Shown here in pieces: positions 29,460 through 42,240 of a DNA stretch of 64,000 bases (the first letter of the stretch is position 1; the number at the start of each line of letters is the position of its first letter). The DNA comes from the human T2T-CHM13v2.0 reference genome, Homo sapiens. Under the pieces are notes generated by a model. It was not told the DNA's origin, did no database searches, and saw only the letters and a program-made list of their open reading frames with translations. The stretch lies in assembly GCF_009914755.1 (NCBI RefSeq), contig NC_060933.1. One strand, 5' to 3'. The position numbers were made by a program, and so were the translations under genes.

Positions 29460-29620
29460 CAACTATGCCCCAGTTCCCTTCCCTGTCATTTTGGGTAGAA
29501 ATAAAACCTGTCTAATAGCATTGCTGTAGAGATTAAGTGAGTTAATACACATAAATTTTTAGAACCGTGCTTGGCATATAGTATTATGAAAATGTGTGTT
29601 CTCATATTTATTACTATACT
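29460..29620 (+). mobile_element. MIR
   Basis: gattaagtgagttaatacacataaa...agaaccgtgcttggcatatagt. Confidence 0.75.
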
Positions 29621-29904
29621 TGTTAATACACCTGTGACTGCATAGGATAGATATGATGGTTTATACAGCTAAGAGTAAACAGTGGCTATTTGTCCGAAGA
29701 AGTAGAATAGAGAGATTTATAAAGGTCCTTTTGGCCATAATCATTTGTATATTTTATTTTCTATGCTCATAGTGTTAATTTTTTATTTCTTTTTAGTGAG
29801 ACAATATTCATGTACTACATAGTAAAAAAAATTGGGCTAAGACTTTGATCATATAACAAATACTTCTGAAAATGCAAAACAAACAAATGATATATTTTCA
29901 CTTA

Positions 29905-30250
29905 TTGTTTACCTATCTGTTCTTCAGCCCACTTGTACCTATTTGCCTATTTTGTTCTAGGCACTGTTCAAGCACTAGAGATACAGCAATGAACAAAACA
30001 GACAAGCCACCCTTGCTTTCCTGTGAAAGGTGTAGACACGGGAATAAACAAGGAGAATATTTACTATATTAGTTGGAGGTTGGTTCTGTGGGGAAAATAA
30101 AGCCAGAAGGGAAACAGGAAGGACAAAAGGAAGTAGTGTTTGAAGCTTAAATCAGATGGACAGGAAAGGCCTTGCTGAAAGGAGCCATCTGAGTAAAGAA
30201 GTGAAGAGAGGCAGGGAGCTACACAATTATTCAGAAGAGCATTCTATGCA
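29905..30250 (-). mobile_element. L2a-like 3' end
   Basis: ctaggcactgttcaagcactagagatacagcaatgaacaaaacagacaa. Confidence 0.8.
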
Positions 30251-31224
30251 TTATTTCATTTAATCCTCTCAATAATCTAACTATAACCCTGGGAGATAAG
30301 TATTATTAGTGTCCTCATGTGCAGATGGGGAAATTGAAAGACTCAACTTAGTGTTTTCCTAATGCAATAGTGGCTCTCTTTCTCCTATACCTATCTTCTA
30401 AAAACGACTTGTCACTGAGTGTAGGGCAGCTTCAGGCAGCTCAAAGGCTGCTCAAAAGCTGTGAGTCTGGGGAATGAGTCTTCTAGCACCCCTCTTGAAC
30501 TACCCTGCAATGTTAGAAAGTGTCACAGCATTTCTCCTTCATCCTCCCTCTGCTTCCCTCCTCCTTTTCCTTTCCTGAGCTTAGGTGGGACACAAAGATG
30601 CAAGCAGAACACTGCAACCATTGCAAACCTTCACACCAGCCTCCCTCACTAACTTTGGCTCATCCAATGTTCTTCTAACACACCGAGAAAAGAGTGGGTA
30701 ACAGTGTGGAGATGTGACAAGTACATAGAATTTGGAGACAAAAGACCAGGCATCTTGCCTTCTGCATGAACATGGCCAACCCTCTCTGAATCTTGATTTC
30801 CAAAAATTAAAAAGGACTCACAGGTTTATGTTGCAGATCAAATTAGAAGCAAAGATAACTTACTAACAATAATGCACTATATAGATATTTAGATAATAGT
30901 AGATGGGCTAATACATGTTCTATTTGTAGAAGTTTAAACTGAAGCTTTAGGTCTGAACAAAAAAGATAAGCAAGAATGATGGAAATATGATCTCATTTAG
31001 GGATCCAAGTGCCCAGACTATAGGGCTACCATTTTGTTTTCTGAAACAAAATCCAATGATGTATGTAGAGAGAGAGAGAACAATAAATATTTTGTTTTTT
31101 AACTTTGAGGCAAAACTCAATAAATGTGGTTGTACATGGTTCCATGCCCGCTCCACTTTCCTCATCTAGGGAAGCACCTGTTATCATTGGAATTATTTTA
31201 TAGCACTAGTCTTCTCTCATTTAA

Positions 31225-31745
31225 TCGTGTACAGCTGCACAATAGCCAGAAGAAACTTTATAAAATATCCATCTAAATAGCCCCCCCCCCATTGAGAACC
31301 CCTCCGTGGCTCCCTATTTCCCTCAAAAGAATTCTTAAACTCCCCAACATGGCTCAAAAAGCCTCTGATCAGGCCCTTGCCAACAACTCCAGACTCACCT
31401 CTTATCATCATTATTCTTCCCCATTTTTTTTTACGACCACCATAGTAAGCTCCAGCCAATCTGAGCCACTTGTGGTTTTCCCAATGTGTCATGTTCTTTC
31501 TCATCTGGATTTTTCCACATGACATCGATTTTGCACACAGACTGCACCCTCCCACCCCGTGCTGCTACACCACCCTAATTGTCCAACAAAAGCATCTGTC
31601 ACCCTGGATCACAATTATTTGCAGTCAGTATCTCCAACCAGATCATAAGCTTTATGAGGATCATGCTCTCGTGTTCTATTTAATAACTATTTAATGTCCA
31701 AAACCTACCACAGTTTCTGCCATAAAGAAGATATCAGAAGTAGAA
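31225..31745 (+). mobile_element. L2 fragments
   Basis: ccctccgtggctccctattt...aagcctctgatcaggcccttgcc...gatcataagctttatgagg. Confidence 0.7.
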
Positions 31746-31967
31746 AATTAAATAACTACCATTTATGAGACTCTTTCTGTATAGTAGGTACTATGTTAAG
31801 CACTTGGCACAGTAAGCATTTAATTGTCATTTTAAGAGCATCAATCCTTCAGAAAGGACCCTGGCTAGTAAGGATCTGGATGCTCAGGAGTACCAGGCAT
31901 CAACTCTTTAGTAGTTGGATCGTCCAGAGGTCCAGAGCATCCCAGGGGAGGAGGCTGGGGTGTCCAG

Positions 31968-32030
31968 GTATGTGCATGTGTGAATGTGTGTGTGTGTTTG
32001 TGTGTGTGTGTTTGTATGTGTGTGTGTGTG
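31968..32030. repeat. Imperfect (TG)n
   Basis: Directly visible. Confidence 0.9.
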
Positions 32031-32089
32031 CTGCTGTTTACCAAAGAAACAGAATTATTTAACACAAATTTTAGCCAGCAAAGCTATAT

Positions 32090-32155
32090 TTAGTGTGACC
32101 ATCCAATTTATTGTCCAGACTGGGACATACGGAATTGAAAGAGGGCACTATTAGT
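32090..32155 (+). mobile_element. MER94-like fragment (hAT-Blackjack)
   Basis: agtgtgaccatccaatttattgtccagactgggaca...gaaagagggcactatta. Confidence 0.6.
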
Positions 32156-32182
32156 AAAGTAAGTAAATCAGTGATTCAGAAT

Positions 32183-32333
32183 CAAGTGATTCTGAAATGT
32201 TAGTATGCATCAGAATCACTTTGGAGAGCTTGTTAAAATACAAATTGCTGAGATCCACCGAAAGTTTCTGATTCAGCAGGTCTTGGGAGTGGCATGAGAA
32301 TGTGCATTTCTGGCAGGATACCAAGTGATTCTG
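32183..32333. mobile_element. MER5A, truncated by a following (GA)n tract (to ~32385)
   Basis: gcatcagaatcactttggagagcttgttaaaatacaaattgctg...gtttctgattcagcaggtct. Confidence 0.85.
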
Positions 32334-32351
32334 AGACAGAGAGAAAGAAAG

Positions 32352-32387
<36 letters not shown>

Positions 32388-32566
32388 ATACAAAGAATAA
32401 CAACTACAAAGTCTAGAAAAAAATGTAGCAACCTAATTTCTCTGTGCCTTACTTACCTTTTTACACTTTCCAGCCTTAATTTTTTCAGTTGTAAAGCAGT
32501 TGTTATATTGTAATTTCCTTTATAGAAGGTAATATAGGATCAGTGATTCTCAAATTTTACTTCCTG

Positions 32567-32722
32567 CTAAATTTTAAAAAATGAAAATAAGCGATTCCTG
32601 GGAGAAGAATAACAGCTTCTGGGAGTAGATAATATTTCTAGCTTATTAATTTTAAAAAGTGAAAATAAGTGATTCATGGGAGAGGAATAACAGCTTCTGT
32701 GAGTAGATAACATTTCTAGCTT
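32567..32722. repeat. 78-bp tandem duplication (2 copies, 8 mismatches)
   Basis: tgaaaataag at 32582 and 32660; both units end atttctagctt. Confidence 0.97.
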
Positions 32723-34727
32723 AAAGGCACTGAGAAGGTCTGCATAAAGAGATTTGCATAATTGAAAATCCAATTTTATTTTTTTCCATGAATGCTTTAT
32801 AACTTTCTTCCCTACAGCAGTCTTATTTTAAGAAACTAGATTTTCCTGGCACCCAATTTGGGAAATAACTCTGGTGCTGAAAGCATTTTGTAAAATGTAA
32901 ATAGCCATTTAGGCCATAATAATACTAACATTCGAATGATGTTTTTGTAGTTCATAATAGACTTTAAAATTCAGATGATAATTTGATTATCTCAAAAACT
33001 TAAAAACCTGATCAAGAAGGAAGAATCAGCATGAAATCCAAGGTTTGGAAAAGTTGTTGAAGATCATCCCAAGGAGAAATGGCAGAAGCAAGATTTAGAA
33101 ATTAGGTTTTCTGACTTCTTGACACCAGGATGCAGAAAAAAAGTAAGAAGATGGAAATTTTGATTCACAAAACAGCAGTCAAAGAGGTGTGTATGTTTAT
33201 GTGGCAGAGAAGGGCATCCTGAGAAAGCAAGTTCCCTCACACCAAGCTTATGCCATGAGAAGTTATAAGATGTTGATCTAATATTAGCGAGGTAATGAGA
33301 AGAGGGAAAAGAAGACTGCTCTTAGTCAGAGCTCTGTGAGAGCCAGGGAGTGGGTTCTGGACTGATGACATTTGAATGATGTTCTGTAATTCGTTGGTAA
33401 ATAGATGCTGATATTTTCTTTAATTGTCTGGAATGTGGCCCCAGGATTGTGCCTCTATCCTGCTCAAGCCAAACATGGGGTCCCAGCTGTGATCACAACA
33501 TTGAGTCTTTTGATTTCTGGTCATTTCGTACAGACAACTGATTGTACCATTCAAGAGCTTGAGGAGACACGGTGACACCATCACATTGCTCAGTTGCTGC
33601 AGCTGATGCTCCATGCTATTGGGTTCCCCCTGGGCCCCTGATTTCTTCAGGAAGAGGAGATTGGGACAACATAGTAAGACAAAATGGAGGGAGAAATAGA
33701 TAGATCACATGAGTGTCTGATCTGTGCTAGACTGATGCCTGGTTGGACCATTCAATATCATTCTACCTCTCTCACTTTAGAGATGGGAAAACTGAGACAC
33801 AGAGAAGAAAAGTACTTGCCAGAGGTCTCATACAGAGTCTAAGGCGGAAAGAAGGCTAAGCTGGAACTGTCGGGGTCCCTGCATAGAGCTGTTTTAATGA
33901 CACCCAACCTCTGTCTAAAATATTTATGGCCAATGATTTCCCAAATGTGTTTTCCAAGTACTTAAGGTTTTAAAGATAGCCTTGAAAGCTAAAAGAAAAG
34001 GAAGAGGAAGTAGAAGAAGGCACAGGGTATGTAGGGAGTGTTTGGGATCTGTAACCCTGTCACCATGCACACACTTCAACCAAAACAGCTCCTGTTTTGT
34101 ATAGTGTGCTTTTGCATAAGATTTTGTTTGGTCAGAGTGTTCTGCTCCTCAAATGAAAGCTGAAAAACAATTGTTCCAGAAGAACTCATCGAAAAATCAT
34201 TCTCCAACTTTGGATATGTTTGACTTTCTCACATAATGTGATGTTTATCTATCTAGTCAATGTGGACATGGATAACAGTTATCCTGACATTCCAAACTGG
34301 CCATTGGAAATGTAGGATTTTTCATTTATTCAACCATAATGGCCCTGCCCAGGGCAAAGAGTGTATAGCAGTGGGCAAAACAGGCCAAAAGCCTGGCTAC
34401 AGAACTGGTGATTGTCTCCCTGATTTTGCCATAGATAACCATCCTTTTCAAAGGAGGAGTGACTTCTGAGCTTAGAAAGAGCTTCTACATCTCTTACCTC
34501 TGGAGAGACTCAGCAGAATGCCTGAGGCAGAGGGAGGAGGCGTTACTATGGCCATTTCCAAAGAAGGAGCTTACAGCACAGAACAGAAACAGGCAGAACT
34601 GAAGTCCCTATGTCATCTGAGAAATGATATCTGATTCTAGAGTCTAGCACATTTTCTCGAATATATATTTAGCTGACTGGATGCTCTGTGAACAACAGTG
34701 ATAATAATGATGATGATTAATATATTT

Positions 34728-34990
34728 TACTAGTCAGGGTTCTTCAGAGAAAAAGAACTGATAGGATCTCTTTACCTCTATCTATCTATGTATCTATCTA
34801 TCTATCTATCCATCCAACCATGTATCTATCTCATATTTATCTGTATCACCATTATTATGTATATATCTCCTATTGGATAGACATAGATATTTGCCCATGT
34901 CTATTCATTTCTCTCTCTCTCTCTCTTTCTGTCTCTCTCTCTCTCTCTCAATCTTTCTATCTATCTACTTACCTATCTACCTATCTGGAA
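34728..34990 (-). mobile_element. MLT2 LTR terminus followed by (TCTA)n/(TC)n repeats
   Basis: tagtcagggttcttcagagaaaaagaactgatagga. Confidence 0.65.
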
Positions 34991-35443
34991 GAATAGGAGT
35001 TAGGCAGAGTTCAAATCATAGACATTGCAAATATGATGGTAAAGGATTTGGACTGTGGGCATCTAGGAAAGGAATGTGTGAAACAGGGCTTATGCGATTT
35101 TCCTAGGGTTTTAGACAAGATTTATGAGGTTTAACAAATATCGTGAACATAATACTTTCTCCAAGCTCCCACCCTGCCCTTAGCACACATACTGGATTCT
35201 GATGGTCGTATACCTGTAGCGAAGCACTTAGCACCAATTCTTTCAACTGATCATTACCTCCATCCTCAGCACAAACAGGAAAAGACCACAACTGGAGCAT
35301 GTTCATGGCTCAATCATCCTGGCCAAATAGAATAAGTCCCTTTTTTTTCAAGTGAGAACTCAGGCCCAGAGAAGGCAAGGGAGCTGTAAGGAAATTGAGA
35401 TAGATGCTGAAAAAGCCAAGACAAAACCCAGGTCACTTCACAC

Positions 35444-35637
35444 CAGAGGGTTTGCCCTCTGCTCTCTAGAAGGCATCTGACAATGTATGGAGATGTTTTT
35501 ATTTGTCACAACTGGGGAAGAACTACTGGCCTCTCACAGAGGCTGAGGAGGTTGCTAAGCTTTCTGCAATGCACAGATCTCCTTAAAAAGAATTATTTGG
35601 CTCAAAACTTCTATCATGCTGAGCTTGAGAAACCTGG
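35444..35637. mobile_element. MER20 (hAT-Charlie)
   Basis: gacaatgtatggagatgtttttatttgtcacaactgggg...gctgagcttgagaaacctg. Confidence 0.85.
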
Positions 35638-36029
35638 CTTTACATCATGCTTGGATCAAGCAATTGTTGAATGGGGTTCTTGCAAATGATCTGATTTCCT
35701 TACAGCTGAGTGAATCAAGGTTCAGCAAAAATGAGTGACTTCTCCAAAGTCACATGGTGAAATCAGGACACATGTCATGGCTTCACTAACTTCCATTTCA
35801 GTTCCAACATTAATGCTTCTCACTAGCCTGTGCATAAGTCAGGTACATAGTGTCTGATGGGGAAAGAAAACAGATGTTATCCCAAACTGGCCACAGGAAG
35901 TTGTCCTCTGGCAGAGTTGACCAAGGTCGTATAGTAGTCACTAACATCCTAATTAGAAGTGGGCGGGGGGGTGGGGCAACACCCAGATTCTAATGGAGCC
36001 AAAAATTATGGTTATAACACATAGACTTA

Positions 36030-36381
<352 letters not shown>

Positions 36382-36479
36382 TTGGGGATTTAATAATGAA
36401 TAGGACACTGTTGCTGCTCTCTTAGCACATACACATGCTAATAAATACACTCCCCACTCCCTAAACTTTGAGGATTCAA

Positions 36480-36730
36480 TGATTGAAAACCTAGGCACTG
36501 GACCTAAATGAACTTATTTTATCACTTCTTTACCATGTACTAGTCAGTGGAACTTAGGCAAGTCACTTTACCTTGTTAAACTTCAGTTTTCTTATCTGTA
36601 AAATGAGGAAAATAATACCTACCTCATAGAATTGTGTTAATCATGGAATGAGGCAAACAACATAAAACATTTAACATACTGCTGGGAAAAGCAAGTAGAA
36701 ATAAGAGCAATAGTCATTGTAATTGTTATA
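36480..36730 (+). mobile_element. MIR
   Basis: aggcaagtcacttt...cagttttcttatctgtaaaatgaggaaaataatacctacctcatag. Confidence 0.85.
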
Positions 36731-37629
36731 GACAGAAGCCTTGAATCCATGGCTTCCTTCTCCAACTCTCAGCTTAAGTGACCTTAGATAAGTAACGCTC
36801 CATTTCTGGGTCTCAGTAAAATGAAGGGATTGGGCTACCCTCTTGTGGGCTATGAATCTTACCTTCTCTCCTCTAAGTGACTCTTGGGTTCATCACTGTT
36901 CCCCTCTTCTGAAGGCTGACCATCTATTCCATCCACCCCATGCTAATGTAGCCCAGCCAAGGTAGAGATGGCTGAATCCCCGTGTTTCAGCAAAGTAAAG
37001 GAGATGACAAAACTTTGGTTTTAGGCAATCCAGCTAGCTTCCCAGGCTGCCCACTGGCTATCCCTGGCTGCTTAGAATACATATCAGTGCCAGCCTGCAG
37101 TGATCATGAACAAAGCCATTAGAGAAAAGATGGTAGTATTTTTATTTTTAACCAAATGACTCACTCCCCCTCCGGCTGTGAGCTGTCAAAGGCACAGGAA
37201 GGGAACAGAAGATGTTAGAAATGCAAGTTCATGATACTTTCACCCCCATTGGGAGCCAACCACAGGGGATGCCACACAATCTTGCTCAGCTTAATCAGGC
37301 CTAGAAAAAGGTGTTTAAACCAAAGAGACTGTCTCAGGGCTGTAACTTTAAGAAAAAGGAAAAGAAGAGCAATCACATGACCAGTAGGGGACAGTGGCAG
37401 AATTAGAACAATTACAACGACTAGAGATGAAGGAATGTGTTAATTAACATTAAGGGCTGAGAACTTCCTGGACTCTGATTTCCAGATGTTGGCTTAGATC
37501 AGGAGCTTTTAAGTTGTGCTTTGCAGAGTCCTAGAAGTTCCCTGGGACCCTTTCATGGGGTCCATGTCTTCTCCTCTGCTTCAGCTGGATTGGCTCTCCT
37601 GTATCTATTTCACTTATTAAAGTCATAAG

Positions 37630-37885
37630 AATTTAATGTAATTATTGGGTCTTTATTATGTGCCAGGCATTGCACTAAACACTCAATAAGTGTGAAGTCA
37701 TTTAACTTTATAACAATCTTATGAAATATTTACAATTACGATTGCTATTTTACACTTTATGAAATGAAGGCTTAATGCCAAGGTAAATCACTTGCCCTGA
37801 GTTAGAAGGCTAATAAGCAGCTTTGAACTAGAAATCAGACCTGTCTATCTGCAAAGCCCATTTTCTTAACTGCAACGCTACTATG
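37630..37885 (-). mobile_element. MIR
   Basis: ttattatgtgccaggcattgcactaaac...aaatcacttgccctgagtta. Confidence 0.8.
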
Positions 37886-38097
37886 GTTCCCCATGCTGGG
37901 TTTCCGTGTAAGCTTTTATTTTCAAAAAGTGCTCCATAGTTATTTTAAAAGGAATAAAATAAAAGTCTAAAAGTGACTGATTAGATGTTCTGAGATCCCT
38001 CCCAGCTCTAAATTTCTAAATTTTATGATTTATAGAAGAAAAAGCAGAGGCTGCGTTACAAAAACTGATGGTGAGGGACAATGGATGGGGTGTGAGT

Positions 38098-38325
38098 TAA
38101 TAATAGCAGCTAATATCACAGCACTTAATAGGTCAAGTGATGCTCTAAACCCTTCATACACATTAACTTATTTAACCCTTGCACCAACCTTCTGTGGTCA
38201 GTGCTATCATTATTCCCATTTCTAGATAAGGAAATACAACACAAGAGGTTATAACTTTCAAGGTCACACAAATAGAGGGTAGCAGGCCAGGTTTCAGAGC
38301 CTGTATTCCTTGCTACTGTGCACTG
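38098..38325 (-). mobile_element. MIR
   Basis: taataatagcagctaat...cattattcccatttctagataaggaaa...caaggtcacaca. Confidence 0.8.
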
Positions 38326-39096
38326 CTGAGATGACTTAGTCTGGGAGAAAACGATTTTCCTTAATATTGGCATTTAGTTTTCAACATCACACCAATGCAA
38401 ATTTATGTAAATAGACACGCAGATCAGCTGCTATCCTGGCATTGGTGCCAGCTTCCCCTCAGGGACATTGATGCAACAAAATTTGGCCATTGTCACTGAT
38501 TTGAGCTATCACAGTGGTAGACATTTCAATAATTCCCCACATTTCTTAGGCTTGGAAGACATAAATGAATGTATATTATATAGCTATGGGGCTATACATG
38601 CTGAACTTCTGCATCTTTTTCAGAGAAGTATCTCTAGAAAATATCCAATTGTGGATAGTTGGTATGCATCAAAAATGAGATAATGATACCTTGCTTCTGC
38701 CTATGACTGCATTTTCATACCCATTGCTGCATTTGGGCCTTGCCGCAGTCCTACAAAAAAGGAAAAGCAAAGGTGATCACTCCTCATACGTGGGAGACAG
38801 CAGGACAGAGGACGAAGGGGCTTGCTTAGGATTCTGCTGAAATTTGTTGGCTTGGTTTATCTTCCTATGACTCCTACCCTCTTCACTATTGATTTTTCCA
38901 TACACTGCCATACTGCTTTCTTTGCTGGATGCAGAAAAGCTAGTGTACAGTTTGCCCCATAGAAGTAAAGGGAAAGGAAACTGCCTCACCTGTCCCTTTA
39001 TCTGCATTCACAGAAGATCAGCATTCAAGTACAATAGAGAGAAACTAGGTTTTGCTGAGTAACTACTATGTCTGGCAGAGTGTCTTGCGTTTTGGA

Positions 39097-39215
39097 TAGG
39101 CTAACCATATAATTTATTGCCTTTTGAGAATGAAAGGGGTGCCGTTCACAATTACATCAGGACCACAAGCAAAAACTGAGACCATCCTGGGGAAATCAGG
39201 ACGTGTGGTCACCCT
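39097..39215 (+). mobile_element. MER94 (hAT-Blackjack) inserted in a MIR
   Basis: TIRs taggctaaccatat ... gtgtggtcaccct; internal cttttgagaatgaaagggg. Confidence 0.8.
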
Positions 39216-40958
39216 TGCTGAAAAGCTAATATTCATTTCATATTCACCATAGTCCTCTAATGTAGGTGACTTTTCTCTTTGTTCTGAGTCTCTGAAAGGT
39301 AAATCATGCCCAGGGTCACATAGCAGATCTGTCTGTTCGATTCTAAAACCCTGGGTTAAGGCACACATCAGAGACGGGGACTCTTGACACTCCAGCCACA
39401 CAAGAGCTGACCCTAGCGGTTGCTTGGCTGTCAAGCCTTTTCCTCCCCATCACATTCCCAGCCATCGTCCTTGGCCCGGGGAGCTTGGGTGGGGTGTGAT
39501 GACTGTGCTGCCCCAGCAGAGGGCAGTGTTGCCATGCCTGCCAAGGCGGAGGGCTACAGGAAACGGGAGGGAGCCTGGGCTACGCAGGCCTGGTGGCCGG
39601 TGCCGCGTCCCTAAAACAGCCAGCCTTATAGGGCTGCCTCCAAACCAGCTGCTTTTCTGGCTCCCATCCCCTCAAGCCTCACCGTGGATAAACGTACTGT
39701 CCCCCTCACCTGTCTATTGGCTCCCATGATACAACACCTGAACAAATTGAAGAGCTCTGTGACACCTGGGGTGGAAAAAGACCCGGGGAGGGTTTCCAGA
39801 TTGGAAACAGGAACTGTTGCCATTTTCTTGTTTGCTCAGAATTACTCCAGAGCTGGGAGTGCTGTTGACATATGTGTTACCACTTAATCTTTCATAAGAA
39901 ATCCTTTTCATGGGGGAGCTGAGCTCTGGATCCGTGCCAGTTTAGATAATTACATTCCCCCAGAAGACTGAAGCTGTGACGGCTGCATTCTTTTTCTGCT
40001 AAGAGTTAGGAGTTTCAAGGGTACAGGTTGGGCAAGGGGGCTGGGAGTAGGGGTAGGTGACATCGTGGTCCTTAGGAAAACGATAACCGGGGTTTGGTGA
40101 GGAAAAGTTAACTTCAAAGTGTCACCCAGTAACAGTTTTTTTTTTTTTTCCTTCCCTTGGACTTCATTCAGTGTGAAATTCATTTGTAGTTTTTGTCTGT
40201 AACTAGAATTCAATTTTTGCTCTTTTAAAAGAAACCTGATTTACAGAGGGTGTGAAACAAAGCAGAAAATGATAAGAGGAGGGAAAAATAACAATTCAGA
40301 TGGGAAAAAAAAAAGAGAAAGAAAAAAGTCCTTTTAACAATTTCTCTGATCTAAAGTGGTTGGGACAGCATTTTTATATTAAGTTCAGCATTTTGTCAGA
40401 AGGGGATGAGAGTGCCCTGTGATCCTCGAATGAAGTATTGCTGGTGATTTTATACCCTCCTGCTGGCATAGATCTTAATCAACCAGAAAACTTCAAAATG
40501 ACAAACAAACAAAAGACAGCTTTGCTCTCTGAGGTTCATTAGCTCAGGCCAAGGTTGAGATGCATCAGGAGGAGAGGCACCAGAAATAGGCGAGCTTGAG
40601 AAGTCACTTTGTGGGTAATTCCACCACCCACTTCCTCCTGCCACCCCCCACCCAGGCCAGCTCTGCCTCCTCCAGTGACCAGAGGCTGGGTCACCGGAGT
40701 TGATGGTGAGAGGAGTGGAGGCCAATGGTGCAGCTGATGGGGCAGGAAGGAGGAAGGGACTCTCTGGTGTGCCGCCGCATTCAGAGCCTAAAGTTATTTG
40801 CCTCTGCTTTCAAGGATATCTGCTGGCATCATGAGAATCAGAGCAAATCCAGACCAAGCTTTATCTCCTCCTTCCCAGCCCAGTTCCTCTTCTTCTGCTC
40901 GTTTATTATGTTTAGAAGGCCCCCTGTCTCCTGGAGATCTGAATTGAAACCTCAGAGA

Positions 40959-41243
40959 GGCCGGACACAGTGGCTGATGCCTGTAATCCCAGCACTGGGA
41001 GGCTGAGGCAGGTGGATCACTTGAGGTCAGGAGTTCGAGACCAGCCTGGCCACCATGGTGAAACTCTGTCTCTACTAAAACTACAAAAATTAGCTGGGCA
41101 TGGTAGTGCGTGCTTGTAATACCAGCTACTCAGGAGGCTGAGGCACGAGAATTGCTTGAACCCGGGAGGCGGAGTTTGCAGTGAGCTGAGATCCAGTGCG
41201 AGAACAGAGTGAGACTCTATCTCAAAAAAAAAAAAAAAAAAAA
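40959..41243 (+). mobile_element. AluSz-like with a small right-arm deletion
   Basis: TSD aaacctcagaga on both sides; poly-A tail. Confidence 0.96.
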
Positions 41244-41274
41244 CCTCAGAGAAACATTCCTCCCCCTTTTCTGT

Positions 41275-42240
41275 GATCAGTTTTCACGTCCTATCAAAGC
41301 ATCATCTAAATCTGTCTCTTTCTTGCACATCTCATCCTCTTTCATAGCTCCAGGTCTGGCCCTTGATATCTTCCTCCTCACTAGTTTCCCAGCTGTTCTC
41401 CCTACTTTCCTACTTACAACCACCAAATTAAACCTCATTAAACCGATTTCTGATAGTATAAATTCCTCCAAAACCCTTCACCAGCTCACTACCATGTGCA
41501 GGATCAAAGTCCTAGCTCCTTAGCTTGGTATTTGCGGCCCTTCATGATCTAACTCTTCCTTGTCTTTCAAGCTTCTGTTAGCATCCTAGGACTCTCCAAT
41601 CCCTGCACTCCAGCAAAAAAGAGCCCCCAGCTACTCCTCAGCACCTTTTCCTCCATAGCTACTGTGTTTTCTCAGCTCATTGCACAGATTCTTCTAGTTC
41701 CCTTGGGTGATTCTCTTCAAATTCCCCCTACTTGTCATGCTTCAGCTTAAAGACCTCCTTCTCCTGACCAATATACTTCCTATCCCCCACACCTCTGCCC
41801 CAAACAAAAGTAAATCTTGTTTTTGGACTTTTACACTTGACTTGTAACACATATTTTGTAATGACCTAATATTTACTATTTTTATCCTAAGGTCTTTTCC
41901 CTCCCCTCTTAAAGATGCATTTTGTGAAGATGGGGAATCATCTTCATTCCACACACAGCTTAATTTGGCAGTTTTTGCATGGTAAGCTTTAAATGGCAAT
42001 TTGCTGAACAGATTAATGAATACATTTAAGAATTCATGAATGAAAGAGTGAATCAATGCTTCATAGATGCATGAATAAATGACTTTGTGCATGGATGAAT
42101 AAATGAATTCCTGTACTTATGCATTCAAATATATCTTGGGAGGCTACTATGCAAATTAATCTGGGAATAGATGAATGCTTGTATGCATAAATGAATAAAA
42201 ACATGCATGTATGAATCTGCAAATGAATGACTGGATAGTT
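41275..42240 (+). mobile_element. L2 3' portion with extended (ATGA)n-like tail
   Basis: aggatcaaagtcctagctccttagcttggtattt...gcccttcatgatct; degenerate atgaatga repeats 42010-42240. Confidence 0.7.

Noticed and set aside
32567-32722. CRISPR-like or functional repeat array (also 8486-8568, 10900-10973)
   Set aside because: Only two copies each, no repeat-spacer periodicity, no cas genes, and a eukaryotic context.
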